A DNA stretch of 64,000 nucleotides from an uncultured Candidatus Entotheonella sp. (GTDB lineage: Bacteria; Tectomicrobia; Entotheonellia; Entotheonellales; Entotheonellaceae): the NCBI GenBank assembly GCA_965217185.1, contig OZ244252.1, positions 1,216,001-1,280,000 of the forward strand, given 5' to 3'. The stretch's first letter is position 1. Each line of letters opens with the position of its first letter. Of the stretch, positions 1-11,392 are shown piece after piece. Made by a program: the position numbers and the translations under genes. The notes beneath the pieces were generated by a model. The model was not told where the DNA came from, searched no databases, and saw nothing but the letters and a program-made list of their open reading frames with translations.

Positions 1-96
1 TGAATGGGCACGGGTCCACTACAACGAAATGTTCTAAAGGGTTAAAGCAACGTGGTTTTGAGTAATCCTCGCATGGCTGAGGGCGAGATTAACCCC

Positions 97-125
97 TTGA
101 CAAACGTGCTGACGGTATGCACGAT
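97..125 (+). promoter_or_regulatory. Putative sigma70 promoter for the iorAB-like operon
   Basis: TTGACA (97-102), 17-nt spacer, weak -10 CACGAT (120-125). Confidence 0.4.
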
Positions 126-310
126 ACGGAGGTGTCACTGAGAAACTAAGCCGCAAGGTTAAGTTGAAGAGGAACTGAATAGAGTCCCTGAACGTGACGT
201 CGATGGGAGTGGCAACCACTGCCGGCCGTGTTTCACTCAAGGTGGAGCAACGGCGGTGTAGGGTTTGCCAAACGCGCTTGGCGCGCCAAGTAAAGGGAGA
301 GGTCAGGTTT

Positions 311-763
311 ATGAACATAACACTTACGGTAAACGGGAAGACCAGCACGATAGATGTGGATTCCGAAACCCCTCTTTTGTGGATTCTCAGAGAGCAGATG
401 GGGTTGACGGGAACCAAGTACGGCTGTGGTATTGGAGAGTGCGGTGCTTGCACGATCCACATGAACGGAGAACCGGTGAAGTCTTGCGACAAGGCCGTCG
501 GTAAATCTCTGAACGCGGACATTGTTACGATCGAGGGTCTGGGCGCCAACGGTCTCCATCCGGTGCAGCAGGCCTTCATCGACGACAACACGTCGCAATG
601 CGGCTGGTGTATTCCTGGACAGATCATGGCAGCGGCCTCCTTGTTGGCGAACAACCCGGAGCCGACGGATCGCGACATCGACTTGGCGATGAAGGATCAA
701 CTGTGCCGGTGCGGCGCGTACACGCGCATCCGCTCCGCCATCCACCGGGCCGCCAAGGCTTAA
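311..763 (+). CDS. (2Fe-2S)-binding small subunit, IorA/CoxS family
   Basis: [10 protein letters not shown] and CGWC..CRC motifs; ATG 311 follows a GGAGAGG RBS (the ORF-track start at 194 is an extension). Confidence 0.93.
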   Translation: MNITLTVNGKTSTIDVDSETPLLWILREQMGLTGTKYGCGIGECGACTIHMNGEPVKSCDKAVGKSLNADIVTIEGLGANGLHPVQQAFIDDNTSQCGWCIPGQIMAAASLLANNPEPTDRDIDLAMKDQLCRCGAYTRIRSAIHRAAKA

Positions 764-781
764 GAAGAGGAGTACTGCGAG

Positions 782-2989
782 ATGAGTCAAGCCATGGAAA
801 TGAAGCGTAGAACCTTCATTCAGTCCGTTGCGACGGTTGGCGGCGCCTTGGTCGTGGGCTTTCAGTTGCCCTCGCGCTATGCCGAAGCCGCCAGCGACGT
901 GCCTGAACTGAATGCCTGGGTGCATGTTGCCCCGGACAACACGGTTACCCTGCGGGCCAGCCAGACCGAGATGGGTCAGGGCCCCACCAACGGTAACCTG
1001 ATGATGTTTGCCGAGGAAATGGAGTGTGCCTGGCCGGTAAACTTCGAGTTCGGTTCCGGCCGTCCCGAGTACATCAACCCCCTGGCCGGTCTCCAGATCA
1101 CCGGTGGCAGTACTGCCACCCCTGGTTTCTGGGACGTGATGCGCAAGGCCGGGGCGCAGACCCGTCACATGCTGATCAACGCCGCTGCCAAGCAGTGGGG
1201 TGTCAGTGCGGACGAGTGCAGTGCCCGCAACAGCGTGGTGACACATGCCGGCAGCGGCAAGTCGGCCACGTTTGGTGAGCTCGCAGCGGCTGCGGCTCAA
1301 GAGACGCCGCCGGAAGAGCCGACCCTGAAGACGCCGGATCAGTTCCGCCTGATCGGTACGTCGACCCAGCGTCTGGACAGCAAGATGAAGGTGACGGGTG
1401 AGGCGATTTACGGCCTGGACGTTTCGGTGCCCGGCATGGTCGTGGCGGCTATCCGGCACGCCCCGTTTGGCGCCAAAATCGCCAGCTACGACGAGGCGGC
1501 GGCGAAGGCCGTTCCCGGCGTGCACGACGTGCTCGAAATTGGGCAAGCCGTCTATCCTGAGAACAGTGTGCCTTGCTTGATCGTCACAGCTGACACGTAC
1601 TGGCAGGCCGAGAAGGGTCTGAAGGCTGCCAATCCGACCTTCGACGGCAATGGTTGGGCTGGGCTCGACAGCGCCCAGATTCACCAGGCTTTCGTCGAGG
1701 GCGCCGAGGAAGCAGGGGCCTTGGGGCGTGTTGACGGCGATTTCGACGCTACCATTGCCTCGGCTGACAAGGTCGTGGAAGCCACGTACGAGGTGCCGTA
1801 CCTCAGCCATTCGCCGCTGGAGCCGATGAACTGCCTGGCCGATTACCGCGGCGATTCCCTGGAAATCTGGGCTGCGACGCAGAATCCGGGTGGCGGTTAC
1901 ATCATGGCCGAGAAGCTCACCGGACTGCCGCAGGACAAGATCAATATCCATGTCACCTTCGTGGGCGGCGGCTTCGGGCGTCGTGTCGAGGTGGACTATC
2001 TTGAGCAGGCCGTCGAGGCGTCCATGAAGCTGAAGAAGCCGGTCAAGCTCGTCTGGTCGCGCGAGGAAGATATGCAGAATAACTTCCACCGCCCGGCCTA
2101 CATGGCCAAGATGACTGCCGGTATCGATGCGGACGGCAAGCCCGTTGCTTGGCGGCATCGGAACGTCGGCCCCGGTATCTGGTTGTCACCTTACCGCTCC
2201 TCCAGGCTGAAAGACCTGTTTGCCGATTCCGACTTCTTGAAAGGCCAGCGCGAGAGCGGCGTCGATTTTCACGCTGTTCAGGGCGGCAAGGACATCGGCT
2301 ACGACTTCGCCAACCTGCAGGTCTCCTGGGTGCAGAAGGACTTTCCGGTACCCATCGTCTTCCTGCGCGGCGTCGGAAACACCATGAACTGCTTCTTCAT
2401 CGAGGGCTTCATCGATGAGATTGCCGAAGCGGTTGGCAAGGATCCGTATCAGTTGCGTCGTGAGTTGCTCCACAAAGAGCCGCGCATGCAGGCTGTTGTG
2501 GATCTGGCTGCTGAGAAGGCGGGATGGGGTAAGGAACTCCCGAAGGGTCACTACCAGGGTATGGCCTTCCACAACAGTTTCGACACGCCGTTTGCGGACG
2601 TGATCGAGATTTCGGTGCGTGGCGGTCGGCGGATCAAGATCCACAAGGTTGTCCGTGTTCTTGACTGCGGTATCGTCGTAAACCCGGATCAGGTCGACGC
2701 GCAGTGCCAGAGCGGCTTGGTCTGGGGTCTCACCATGGCTATGTACAGCGAGCACACTGTCAGGAATGCCAAGCTGGTCGAGAGCAATTTTGACAACTAC
2801 CGCTTGCTGCGCATTTCGCAGATGCCGGAGTACGAGGTACACACGGTGAAGAACACCAATTCCCCGACCGGTATTGGTGAGCCTGTATTCCATACGGTTA
2901 CGCCGGCGCTCGTCAACGCGCTTTATGCTGCGACGGGCAAACGTATCCGCTCCGTGCCTCTGAAGAATCACGGCTTCAGCCTGGCGTAA
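782..2989 (+). CDS. Molybdopterin-binding large subunit, xanthine dehydrogenase family (IorB-like), with Tat signal
   Basis: KRRTFIQ Tat-like signal; EMGQG, TGGS, GGGFGRR and GIGEP motifs. Confidence 0.93.
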   Translation: MSQAMEMKRRTFIQSVATVGGALVVGFQLPSRYAEAASDVPELNAWVHVAPDNTVTLRASQTEMGQGPTNGNLMMFAEEMECAWPVNFEFGSGRPEYINPLAGLQITGGSTATPGFWDVMRKAGAQTRHMLINAAAKQWGVSADECSARNSVVTHAGSGKSATFGELAAAAAQETPPEEPTLKTPDQFRLIGTSTQRLDSKMKVTGEAIYGLDVSVPGMVVAAIRHAPFGAKIASYDEAAAKAVPGVHDVLEIGQAVYPENSVPCLIVTADTYWQAEKGLKAANPTFDGNGWAGLDSAQIHQAFVEGAEEAGALGRVDGDFDATIASADKVVEATYEVPYLSHSPLEPMNCLADYRGDSLEIWAATQNPGGGYIMAEKLTGLPQDKINIHVTFVGGGFGRRVEVDYLEQAVEASMKLKKPVKLVWSREEDMQNNFHRPAYMAKMTAGIDADGKPVAWRHRNVGPGIWLSPYRSSRLKDLFADSDFLKGQRESGVDFHAVQGGKDIGYDFANLQVSWVQKDFPVPIVFLRGVGNTMNCFFIEGFIDEIAEAVGKDPYQLRRELLHKEPRMQAVVDLAAEKAGWGKELPKGHYQGMAFHNSFDTPFADVIEISVRGGRRIKIHKVVRVLDCGIVVNPDQVDAQCQSGLVWGLTMAMYSEHTVRNAKLVESNFDNYRLLRISQMPEYEVHTVKNTNSPTGIGEPVFHTVTPALVNALYAATGKRIRSVPLKNHGFSLA

Positions 2990-3015
2990 GTCGGCGTTGA
3001 AGTGGTGACGTGATG

Positions 3016-3049
3016 TCCGGCGGCCGGCTCCTACGGGGCGGCCGCCGGA
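3016..3049 (+). terminator. GC-rich hairpin after the iorB-like gene
   Basis: TCCGGCGGCCG...CGGCCGCCGGA 11-bp stem; U-tract is weak. Confidence 0.5.
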
Positions 3050-3097
3050 TTCATTTGGGGTGCTTTGTTCTTCTTGGAAAGCTGACAAGGTCGCCAC

Positions 3098-3538
3098 ATG
3101 CGTCGTTCGTTAATCCGGTTGCTTGCTGTTTCCATCCTCGCGATCTTTTTGGTCTCCCCTTCTTTGGCCGCAGAATCCCTTGCCGAAGACGACAAAGTAC
3201 GTTTTCTGGAATCCATCTGCCAAAACGTGCAGCGGGAGAGTCGTTGCATCAACAGCGGGAAACTCGTCCTCGGGCTCTCCATTGGCTGGATCATGTTCGA
3301 AGGTTGTTCGGTTTCCGGTGAAGTCGAAACAATGGTCGCGTGTTTTGACAGAGCCTCGTTGCTGGCTGCGGAGCTAACCGGGGATCAGGAGTTCCACAAA
3401 CAGTATCGTCACTGCCATCGTTTTCAAGGCGATCATAACGAAGATGCGATCGTACGCTGTTATCGAGAAGGTTTTAAGTACACTGTGCATACACTCAAGA
3501 AATATCACGGTGAAAGCGCTGTGCCTCCATCCGACTAG
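3098..3538 (+). CDS. Hypothetical secreted protein with six Cys
   Basis: Signal peptide ending SLA-AE; six Cys in the mature part. Confidence 0.7.
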   Translation: MRRSLIRLLAVSILAIFLVSPSLAAESLAEDDKVRFLESICQNVQRESRCINSGKLVLGLSIGWIMFEGCSVSGEVETMVACFDRASLLAAELTGDQEFHKQYRHCHRFQGDHNEDAIVRCYREGFKYTVHTLKKYHGESAVPPSD

Positions 3539-3643
3539 AATTTGCGTATCGACTGGTTTTGAGCCCCGACGTTACGTCCCTCTTCCCTCCCCTCCAGATT
3601 TAATGTGGCCCCTGCTCAATTTTTGTGAAAGGCGCGGTCTCTG

Positions 3644-4372
3644 ATGGTAACGCCTGCGGAACCCCATATCCTGAACACGGGCCTGTTGGCCCGCATGCAA
3701 CAGGTGCGTTCGATATTGTTCCGTCTTGTCATCGTGTTCCTGGGCACGAGTTTGCTGGCCTACCCCTTCGCCTCATATCTACTGGGCTTACTGGCTCGAC
3801 CGCTGGGGATGAAATTGGTCATGTACGCCCCTATGGAGGGATTCCTGGGCCACATCACCGTCGCCTTGGCGACGGGTTTTTGTCTGTCGGCGCCGTATAT
3901 CCTGTACACCCTTGGTCGCATGTTGCGCGCCATGGGCCTGTCGGCTGCTATGACGCGACGTTGTACGGTAGCTGCCGGAGGGCTTTTCCTGGTGGGGGCG
4001 AGCTTTTGTTACTTCGTTGTCTTGCCCGTTACGCTACGCTTCTTGCTCAGCTTTGGCGGGGAGAGCTTGGACACCGGCATTGCGGTGAGCAAGTATCTCT
4101 GGCTGACGCTAGGCTTGTCTGCTACTTGCGGATGCCTTTTTGAACTGCCTCTGGTGGTCGTCATCCTGCACACGATGGGTCTGCTGTCGCGCGAAGTCCT
4201 GACACAGAACCGACGGTACGCGATGTTGGGCAGTGCCGTGCTCACGGCTATTCTGACCCCGACTCCGGACGCTTTCACCATGAGCGCCCTGCTGCTGCCA
4301 CTGATCGCATTGTACGAGGTGAGCATCATTCTGGTGAGAATAGCGGAGGCAAGACAGGGAACCGAGTCCTAA
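3644..4372 (+). CDS. tatC: Twin-arginine translocase subunit TatC
   Basis: Multiple TM helices; FELP, RRYA, AILTPTPD and LYEVSI motifs. Confidence 0.9.
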   Translation: MVTPAEPHILNTGLLARMQQVRSILFRLVIVFLGTSLLAYPFASYLLGLLARPLGMKLVMYAPMEGFLGHITVALATGFCLSAPYILYTLGRMLRAMGLSAAMTRRCTVAAGGLFLVGASFCYFVVLPVTLRFLLSFGGESLDTGIAVSKYLWLTLGLSATCGCLFELPLVVVILHTMGLLSREVLTQNRRYAMLGSAVLTAILTPTPDAFTMSALLLPLIALYEVSIILVRIAEARQGTES

Positions 4373-4384
4373 AGGACACTCATA

Positions 4385-5443
4385 TCACTCCTTCAAGACG
4401 GTTTCCCGCCCGGAATCCGTGTAGGACTTGAGCCGTCCTGCCAACAATTCCGCAAACGGTGTTGTGACTTCCATCCGTTCGAAAATAATCTTTAGAATCG
4501 CGGTTATGGGCGTTGCCAGAAACATCCCGACGATGCCCCAAAGCGTGCCCCAGAGGATCAAGGCGAGGAGTAGTGTGACAGGGTGCAGGTCAAGGGACTT
4601 GCCCATAAGTTTCGGGTCTACGATATTCCCGATGATGAACTGAATTACCAATGGCAACACGATAGCCAATACTCTGGCCGTGGGCGTGAGATCCGGGCTT
4701 ACCAACACCACGGGCAGAGGCAGGAGCGTGGCGACGATCGATCCCAAACTAGGGATAAAGTTAAGCAGGAAAGCAAAAACGCCGAAGACCAAGGCGAGGT
4801 CGACGCCAAGAAGGACCAGGGTGAGCCCAACGAGCACGCCGGTCAGCGCGGATACCAGCGCCTTAACAATGATGTAGCGTTGGATGCGAGACTGCACTTC
4901 CCCCCAGAATCCGGCCCGGGACATCTCCAGGCCTGTGCTGCCGACCAGCATGAAGCCGACAAATATCATCACCAGCAGACCGCTCGACACCCATCCCAGG
5001 AGTTCCCTTGTCACCGTCAGCAGCATGCTGCTGACGGTCGTGAGGGAAATGTCGGACAAGGACTCAACGGCCTGTTCAACCTGCCCGCCGAACCTTTCCA
5101 GTGGCAGGGCTGCCATGCCAGTGTCCAACAATTGCGCAAGTTGCTCTTGATAGACATCCCCCCGCGCCGCCAATTGCGCTACGGAAGATGAAATCAGGCC
5201 GCCAACCACACCCAGTATGACGAAGCTTGTCAGCAGCGTGGCCAGAAGCGCGACGGATCTTGGCAGATGCAGGTAACGCACCAACAAATCGATGAGAGGC
5301 ACCAAACCAAACGCGATGAGGACGGCAAAAACAAACGGGACCATGACCCCGCGTAGCCAGAAGAGCGCCACGGCAATTGCCACCATACTGACAATCAATA
5401 GACAAACTGTCTGGATCTGTTGTTCCTGTCCGGCGCCGTTCAT
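4385..5443 (-). CDS. AI-2E family transporter
   Basis: LNFIPSLG, NIVDPKLMGKSLDLHP and WGIVGMFLATP motifs. Confidence 0.9.
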   Translation of the reverse strand: MNGAGQEQQIQTVCLLIVSMVAIAVALFWLRGVMVPFVFAVLIAFGLVPLIDLLVRYLHLPRSVALLATLLTSFVILGVVGGLISSSVAQLAARGDVYQEQLAQLLDTGMAALPLERFGGQVEQAVESLSDISLTTVSSMLLTVTRELLGWVSSGLLVMIFVGFMLVGSTGLEMSRAGFWGEVQSRIQRYIIVKALVSALTGVLVGLTLVLLGVDLALVFGVFAFLLNFIPSLGSIVATLLPLPVVLVSPDLTPTARVLAIVLPLVIQFIIGNIVDPKLMGKSLDLHPVTLLLALILWGTLWGIVGMFLATPITAILKIIFERMEVTTPFAELLAGRLKSYTDSGRETVLKE

Positions 5444-5455
5444 GTGGGTTCCTTG

Positions 5456-5776
5456 TTAACTCGGCTTCGGCGCCATACACACCAGCAACACCAATCGCTC
5501 GTTGCTCGTGTTGGTGACCCCGTGCTCGATCCCCGAAGGCGCCATGACCGTGCTGTTCGCCTGGAGTTCCTTGCTTTCGCCGCCGATGTGAAATGTGCCG
5601 CAACCCTCAAGAACGAAGTAAACCTTGTCGGAGCCGGCGTGAGCATGCACTTTTTGTTGCTGCCCGGGTTCAAAACAGTAGAGATCGCAGAACATTCGTT
5701 CGGTCTCAAAGAGATTGACCTTATTCATTTTCTCAGTGTTAAAAGCCTTGCAACTTGCCGCGTGCCTGACGTCCAT
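5456..5776 (-). CDS. Cupin domain protein
   Basis: HAH..DKVYFVLEG and PSGIEHGVTN cupin motifs. Confidence 0.88.
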   Translation of the reverse strand: MDVRHAASCKAFNTEKMNKVNLFETERMFCDLYCFEPGQQQKVHAHAGSDKVYFVLEGCGTFHIGGESKELQANSTVMAPSGIEHGVTNTSNERLVLLVCMAPKPS

Positions 5777-5962
5777 GATTCACACCTCAGAAGCTGAGAA
5801 ATGGGTGATAACTGGCGAGGGGATTCTCGCAAATCCCTTTGGGGATGTCTATCCATGATTGGCATCGCTGCCATTCTCATGTCGGTGGCGCAGCCGTCCC
5901 CGCTGTTGTATCATCCCGCAACACTCGAAAATGAACTGACTCAACCCTAATGTGAGATATTG

Positions 5963-6667
5963 ATGGCCAAGAAACCGACGGCGCGCGGGTCGAAGTCCCG
6001 GCGGTCCAACGCCAATCTATCCGCTAAGCGGCGCCAGAAATTCATTTTGGGCGGCGTCATTCTGATTCTCGTCTTGGCTGCCGGCGTGGCAATTCGCTCC
6101 TGGCAGCAGCGAAGTCTGCCGCTTCGCCTGCAGGGCGCTTTGGATAACCATTACAGTAAGGGTGTGCCTGATGCACCCGTTGTAATGAAGGAATTCAGCG
6201 ACTATACGTGACCCCACTGCAAGGCGCTCCAGGAGACGATGGAGCGCATGCTTGCCCGGTTTGAGGGCGATGTGCAACTGGTGTTGTATCCTTTCGCCCT
6301 GAATGCTACCAGCGAGGTCGCCACGCAAGCCGCTTTGTGCGCTGGCGAGCAGGGACAATTCTGGGAATTTCACCGCATGCTATATGCTCGCCAGGAACAG
6401 TGGCGCCGCCTGTCCGATCCCCGCCAACGTCTGCAGGAATTCGCCGAGGGTATCGGGGTCGATACCGCCGCCCTCGCCAGTTGCGTGAGAAGCGGCCGCA
6501 TGGAAAAGCTGATCAATGCCGATAAGGCATACGGCCGCAGCCTTGGCGTGCGCAGTACCCCCACCGTCTTTATCAACGACAAGCGCATCGTCGGGGCGCA
6601 ACAGGAAGGCGACTTCGTTCGCACCATCCGACAGGAACTGGACCGTGCACGACGGGAAGCACAGTAA
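5963..6667 (+). CDS. Membrane-anchored DsbA-family thiol-disulfide oxidoreductase, probable selenoprotein (UPHC)
   Basis: ORFs 5960-6211 and 6239-6667 are in frame across TGA 6209-6211, reading EFSDYT-U-PHC; cis-Pro motif GVRSTPTVF; N-terminal TM helix; hairpin directly downstream of the TGA. Confidence 0.88.
6219..6255 (+). promoter_or_regulatory. Putative bacterial SECIS element
   Basis: GCAAG/CTTGC lower stem; perfect 8-bp upper stem GCGCTCCA/TGGAGCGC; G-initiated loop GGAGACGA separated from the TGA by 20 nt. Confidence 0.75.
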
Positions 6668-7154
6668 ACCGTCGCGCCTTCGGGCGCTTGGGCAGCGTGT
6701 CAGTGCCGCGCCGTGGGTGGCTGTCGCGGCGCGGGCGCTTGTCGGCGGATTGTTCGTGTTTTCGGGGATCAGTAAACTCATCTTGCCCCACGGCGAGGTG
6801 ATGGCGCTAGTGAAACAGTACCAGGTGATCCCCGATTTCCTGGTGTCCCCGATTGCCGCCGGGCTGCCGTGGCTCGAGCTCGCCTCCGGCACGGCCTTGT
6901 GCATCGGTTTTCTGACGACGCCGGCTGCGTGGTTGGTTGGCATCCAACTGGTTGCCTTCAGCGTGTTGATGGTCGTGGTGTTGGTGGCGCAGATTCCCAT
7001 CGACGACTGCGGCTGTTTCGGGAATCTGGGAATTCGTGAAACACCTCTGCACGTCCTTATCCGTGACCTCATTCTGTTGGGCATGTTGGCTTCCGTGCTT
7101 GTAAGGCGGCATGATGCCTGGGGCATCGACGCTTGGTCTGGCGGAACCGGCTGA
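6645..7154 (+). CDS. MauE/DoxX family redox-associated membrane protein
   Basis: R..GGLFVFSGISK, LPWLELASG and DCGCFG motifs; GTG 6645 is the probable start and overlaps the dsbA-like gene end. Confidence 0.85.
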   Translation: MHDGKHSKPSRLRALGQRVSAAPWVAVAARALVGGLFVFSGISKLILPHGEVMALVKQYQVIPDFLVSPIAAGLPWLELASGTALCIGFLTTPAAWLVGIQLVAFSVLMVVVLVAQIPIDDCGCFGNLGIRETPLHVLIRDLILLGMLASVLVRRHDAWGIDAWSGGTG

Positions 7155-7280
7155 ACGCCTACCGCTAATCCAGAAGGGCTCACGAGTGCCTCCCTCATTG
7201 GCGTCAGGGCTGTTGAACACGGCAAATCCTTTCAGTGCCATAACCCCTCCGTAGTTCTACGCGGTCCTTCTTCCCGATAA

Positions 7281-8621
<1,341 letters not shown>

Positions 8622-8744
8622 ACCTTGTGGTTGTGGGTTGAAAACACGATGCCGGTTGTCTATTGCGTGGCAGTGACGACCATAAGTCCGACTCAGCCAC
8701 GGCAGGCCAGATCGTCATGTCCGGTGAATCATTGATGCAAGTCC

Positions 8745-10401
8745 TCAGTCCCTCTCCCCATCACGCCGCCGTACCTCGTCCTGGACTTCATCCATCAGGA
8801 GTACCAGGTCCAAAACCTCGTCGCTGGTAACGGTGCCCAGGAACTTGCCCGATTCCCGTTCCATGATCGGGATGACAGTCAGTGAGTGGTCCGCCATCCG
8901 TTGCAACACATCGTCCACCGGCTCATCGGGCCAGGCCCGCGGGACGTTGCCACGCAGCACCTCGTTCAGAGGCGTATTCGACCCATGTGTCTTTGCGTAG
9001 AAAGCGCAACCTGCTCAGCGACACGATGCCTACGGGGACGCCTTCGTCTACGACCAGATAGTCGTACTGATTCGGCACAGTCCAATCGTCGGAGAAGCTC
9101 TGAACCGACAACCCCGAACCGGGATAGGCGCGCGTCCGGTCCGTGACGGAACCCACCAAGACCCCTTCCAGTGCATGGCGGGCGAAAGCAGGCGGCACGA
9201 CACCCGGATGTTCGGGAGGGTCCGATGCCTTGGCCCTGCTGATTACCACACCGATGACCTGAGGCATCAGCAGGATGTATCCGAGCATGATGAGCACCAA
9301 CAGCGAGAAAACGTCGTGACCAATTACGCCGGTTTCGTACAAGACTATGAGGAGGGCTATCTCGGCCACGCCTTTTGCCATCAGACCTGTGGTCAGGACC
9401 AACGGCGTATCCAACCGCGCCATATAAATGCCAATAAAGGCGCCGGCGAGCTTTCCCAGCATGGGGATGAACACCAGGGCGACGATGGTCGTGGCCGGTA
9501 AGCTGACAAAGGAAAAATCCAGGTGCAAGCCAGCCGAGGCGAAGAAGAGCGGAACGAACAGCCCTTCCGCCATACTCCGCATACCGGGCATGATGTCCCG
9601 GCGCATCCGGTTGGGCAGTCCTGACAACGAAGCGCCGAACAGCAGGGCTCCCAGGGAACCGTGCAGACCGATTTCCTCGGCTCCCACCACCACCAGAAAG
9701 AGCCCGCCAAACAGCAGCCCGAACGACAGATCGGGCGCGTTCAGGAAGCGCTCCAGGAGCGTGATGGCTTGGGGAAGCAGCTTGGCCGACATGAACCAGG
9801 TAATCACTGCGAAGCCAACGATTTCCAGCAGCAGAAGGAACATCCCGGCAGCGCTCAGGCCGTGCTCGTGCTCGCCGATGGTAACGCCCACTACCAGCAG
9901 GCTGCTTACCTCCGCGATAATTACGACGGTGAATATCCTGAGCCCGATCAGTTCTTTGAGCAGGTTCTTGTCGGCCAGTACTTTGGCCACAACGCCGAGG
10001 CTGGATAGCGACAGAATGCCGGCGAGGCACAGGGCCTTGTCGAATTGGAGGTCCAGAGCGAAATCGACGGGGAGGAGATCGGACGTGACGATCAGGGAGG
10101 CGAGAATCGGAATGACCACCGACAGCACGCCGACCACGAAATACCGGCCGCCGACGGTTGCCATGAAGCCGGGAAGGTCGAGTTCGTCGAGACCGATGAG
10201 GAAGAAAAGAACGAAGATCCCGACGCTCAGGAAGAGTTGAATATCTCCGGTTGGCTCGACGATCCCGGCAACGGGTCCCAGCAACACCCCGGCCAGGGTG
10301 TAGGCCACGATCGAAACCAAGCCGAACCGGCGCAAAACGCCCTCGGTCAGCTTGGCTACGACAACAAGCAATCCAATGTGGAGCAGGGATTCGCTGATCA
10401 T
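8745..10401 (-). pseudogene. Cation:proton antiporter (CPA2) with C-terminal CBS pair, frameshifted near 8983
   Basis: CPA2 membrane domain in ORF 8923-10401; the CBS sequence continues in another frame (8745-8960); removing one G from TGGG restores W-S-N-T-P-L-N-E-V-L-R-G-N-V-P. Confidence 0.75.
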
Positions 10402-10513
10402 GCTGACGATGGGCTTAGGAAATCAGGGAAACACGGAATCTAGAAGTTGCGGTGTCGTGTATCTGTAAATACTGCCTTTTAGGCGTCAAGTTGTCACGGC
10501 ATTTTTCCACGCC

Positions 10514-11392
10514 TTACGCGCCCAATCCTACCACATCCAACGCCACGTCCAACGCCGCGGAACTGTGCGTCAGCCAGCCGGCAGACAGCAGGTCAACACC
10601 GGTAGCGGCAACCTGACGGGCCGTATCCGGCGTGATGCCGCCGGAGGCTTCGGTGAGAACGCGGCCGTCGACCATCCGCACGGCCTCGACGAGTTGCTCG
10701 GGGGGCATGTTATCCAGCAGCACTGCGTCAATGCGGCACGACAGCGCCTCGTCGAGTTGCGTCAGGGTGTCGACTTCGACCTCCACCTTGACCAGATGCC
10801 CCACCGCTGCGTGAACCCGGCGAACGGCTTCGGTGATACCGCCAGCCACGATGAGGTGATTGTCCTTGATGAGCACGGCGTCGTCCAGTCCAAAACGGTG
10901 ATTGGCGCCACCGCCGCAGCGCACGGCGTATTTTTCCAGCAGCCGCAGGCCAGGGGTCGTTTTGCGGGTGCAAACGACGCGCGTGGTGTAGCCCTGCACG
11001 GCCTGCACCAAGCCTTGGGTGGCACTGGCGATGCCGGACAGCCCTCCCAGAAAGTTCAGAGCGATGCGTTCGGCGCTCAGCAGCCCGCGAGCCGAGCCAC
11101 AAATAGTAGCCAGTGTCTGGTGGGGCTCCACGGCGTCACCGTCGTGCCGGTGCCAGGAGATGTCAACGTCGGGATCCATCAAGCGGAATGCGGTGGCCGC
11201 CACCGGCAGGCCGGCCAGGCAGCCGCCGCGGCGGGCTATCAGGTAGCCAGTGGCGTGGGCCTCCGGCGGCACGATGGCGTTGGTTGTGAGGTCGCCGGCG
11301 CGCCCGAGATCCTCAATCAGGGCGGCACGTACCAGTGACTCGTATTGCAGGGGGTACAGAGGCAAGGGGCTGGCGGTCTGCGCCCCGCTCAT
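10514..11392 (-). CDS. nadC: Nicotinate-nucleotide pyrophosphorylase (QPRTase)
   Basis: EDLG..GDLTT, TRKTTPG, HRFGLDDAVLIKDNH, LLDNM and EASGG motifs; ATGA overlap with the nadA stop. Confidence 0.96.
   Translation of the reverse strand: MSGAQTASPLPLYPLQYESLVRAALIEDLGRAGDLTTNAIVPPEAHATGYLIARRGGCLAGLPVAATAFRLMDPDVDISWHRHDGDAVEPHQTLATICGSARGLLSAERIALNFLGGLSGIASATQGLVQAVQGYTTRVVCTRKTTPGLRLLEKYAVRCGGGANHRFGLDDAVLIKDNHLIVAGGITEAVRRVHAAVGHLVKVEVEVDTLTQLDEALSCRIDAVLLDNMPPEQLVEAVRMVDGRVLTEASGGITPDTARQVAATGVDLLSAGWLTHSSAALDVALDVVGLGA

Noticed and set aside
233..2158. 641-aa minus-strand ORF and similar long antisense ORFs (14705-15625, 29564-30694, 38260-39663, 42458-43750, 58335-60335)
   Set aside because: They lie opposite well-supported genes and have no motifs; typical shadow ORFs of GC-rich coding sequence.
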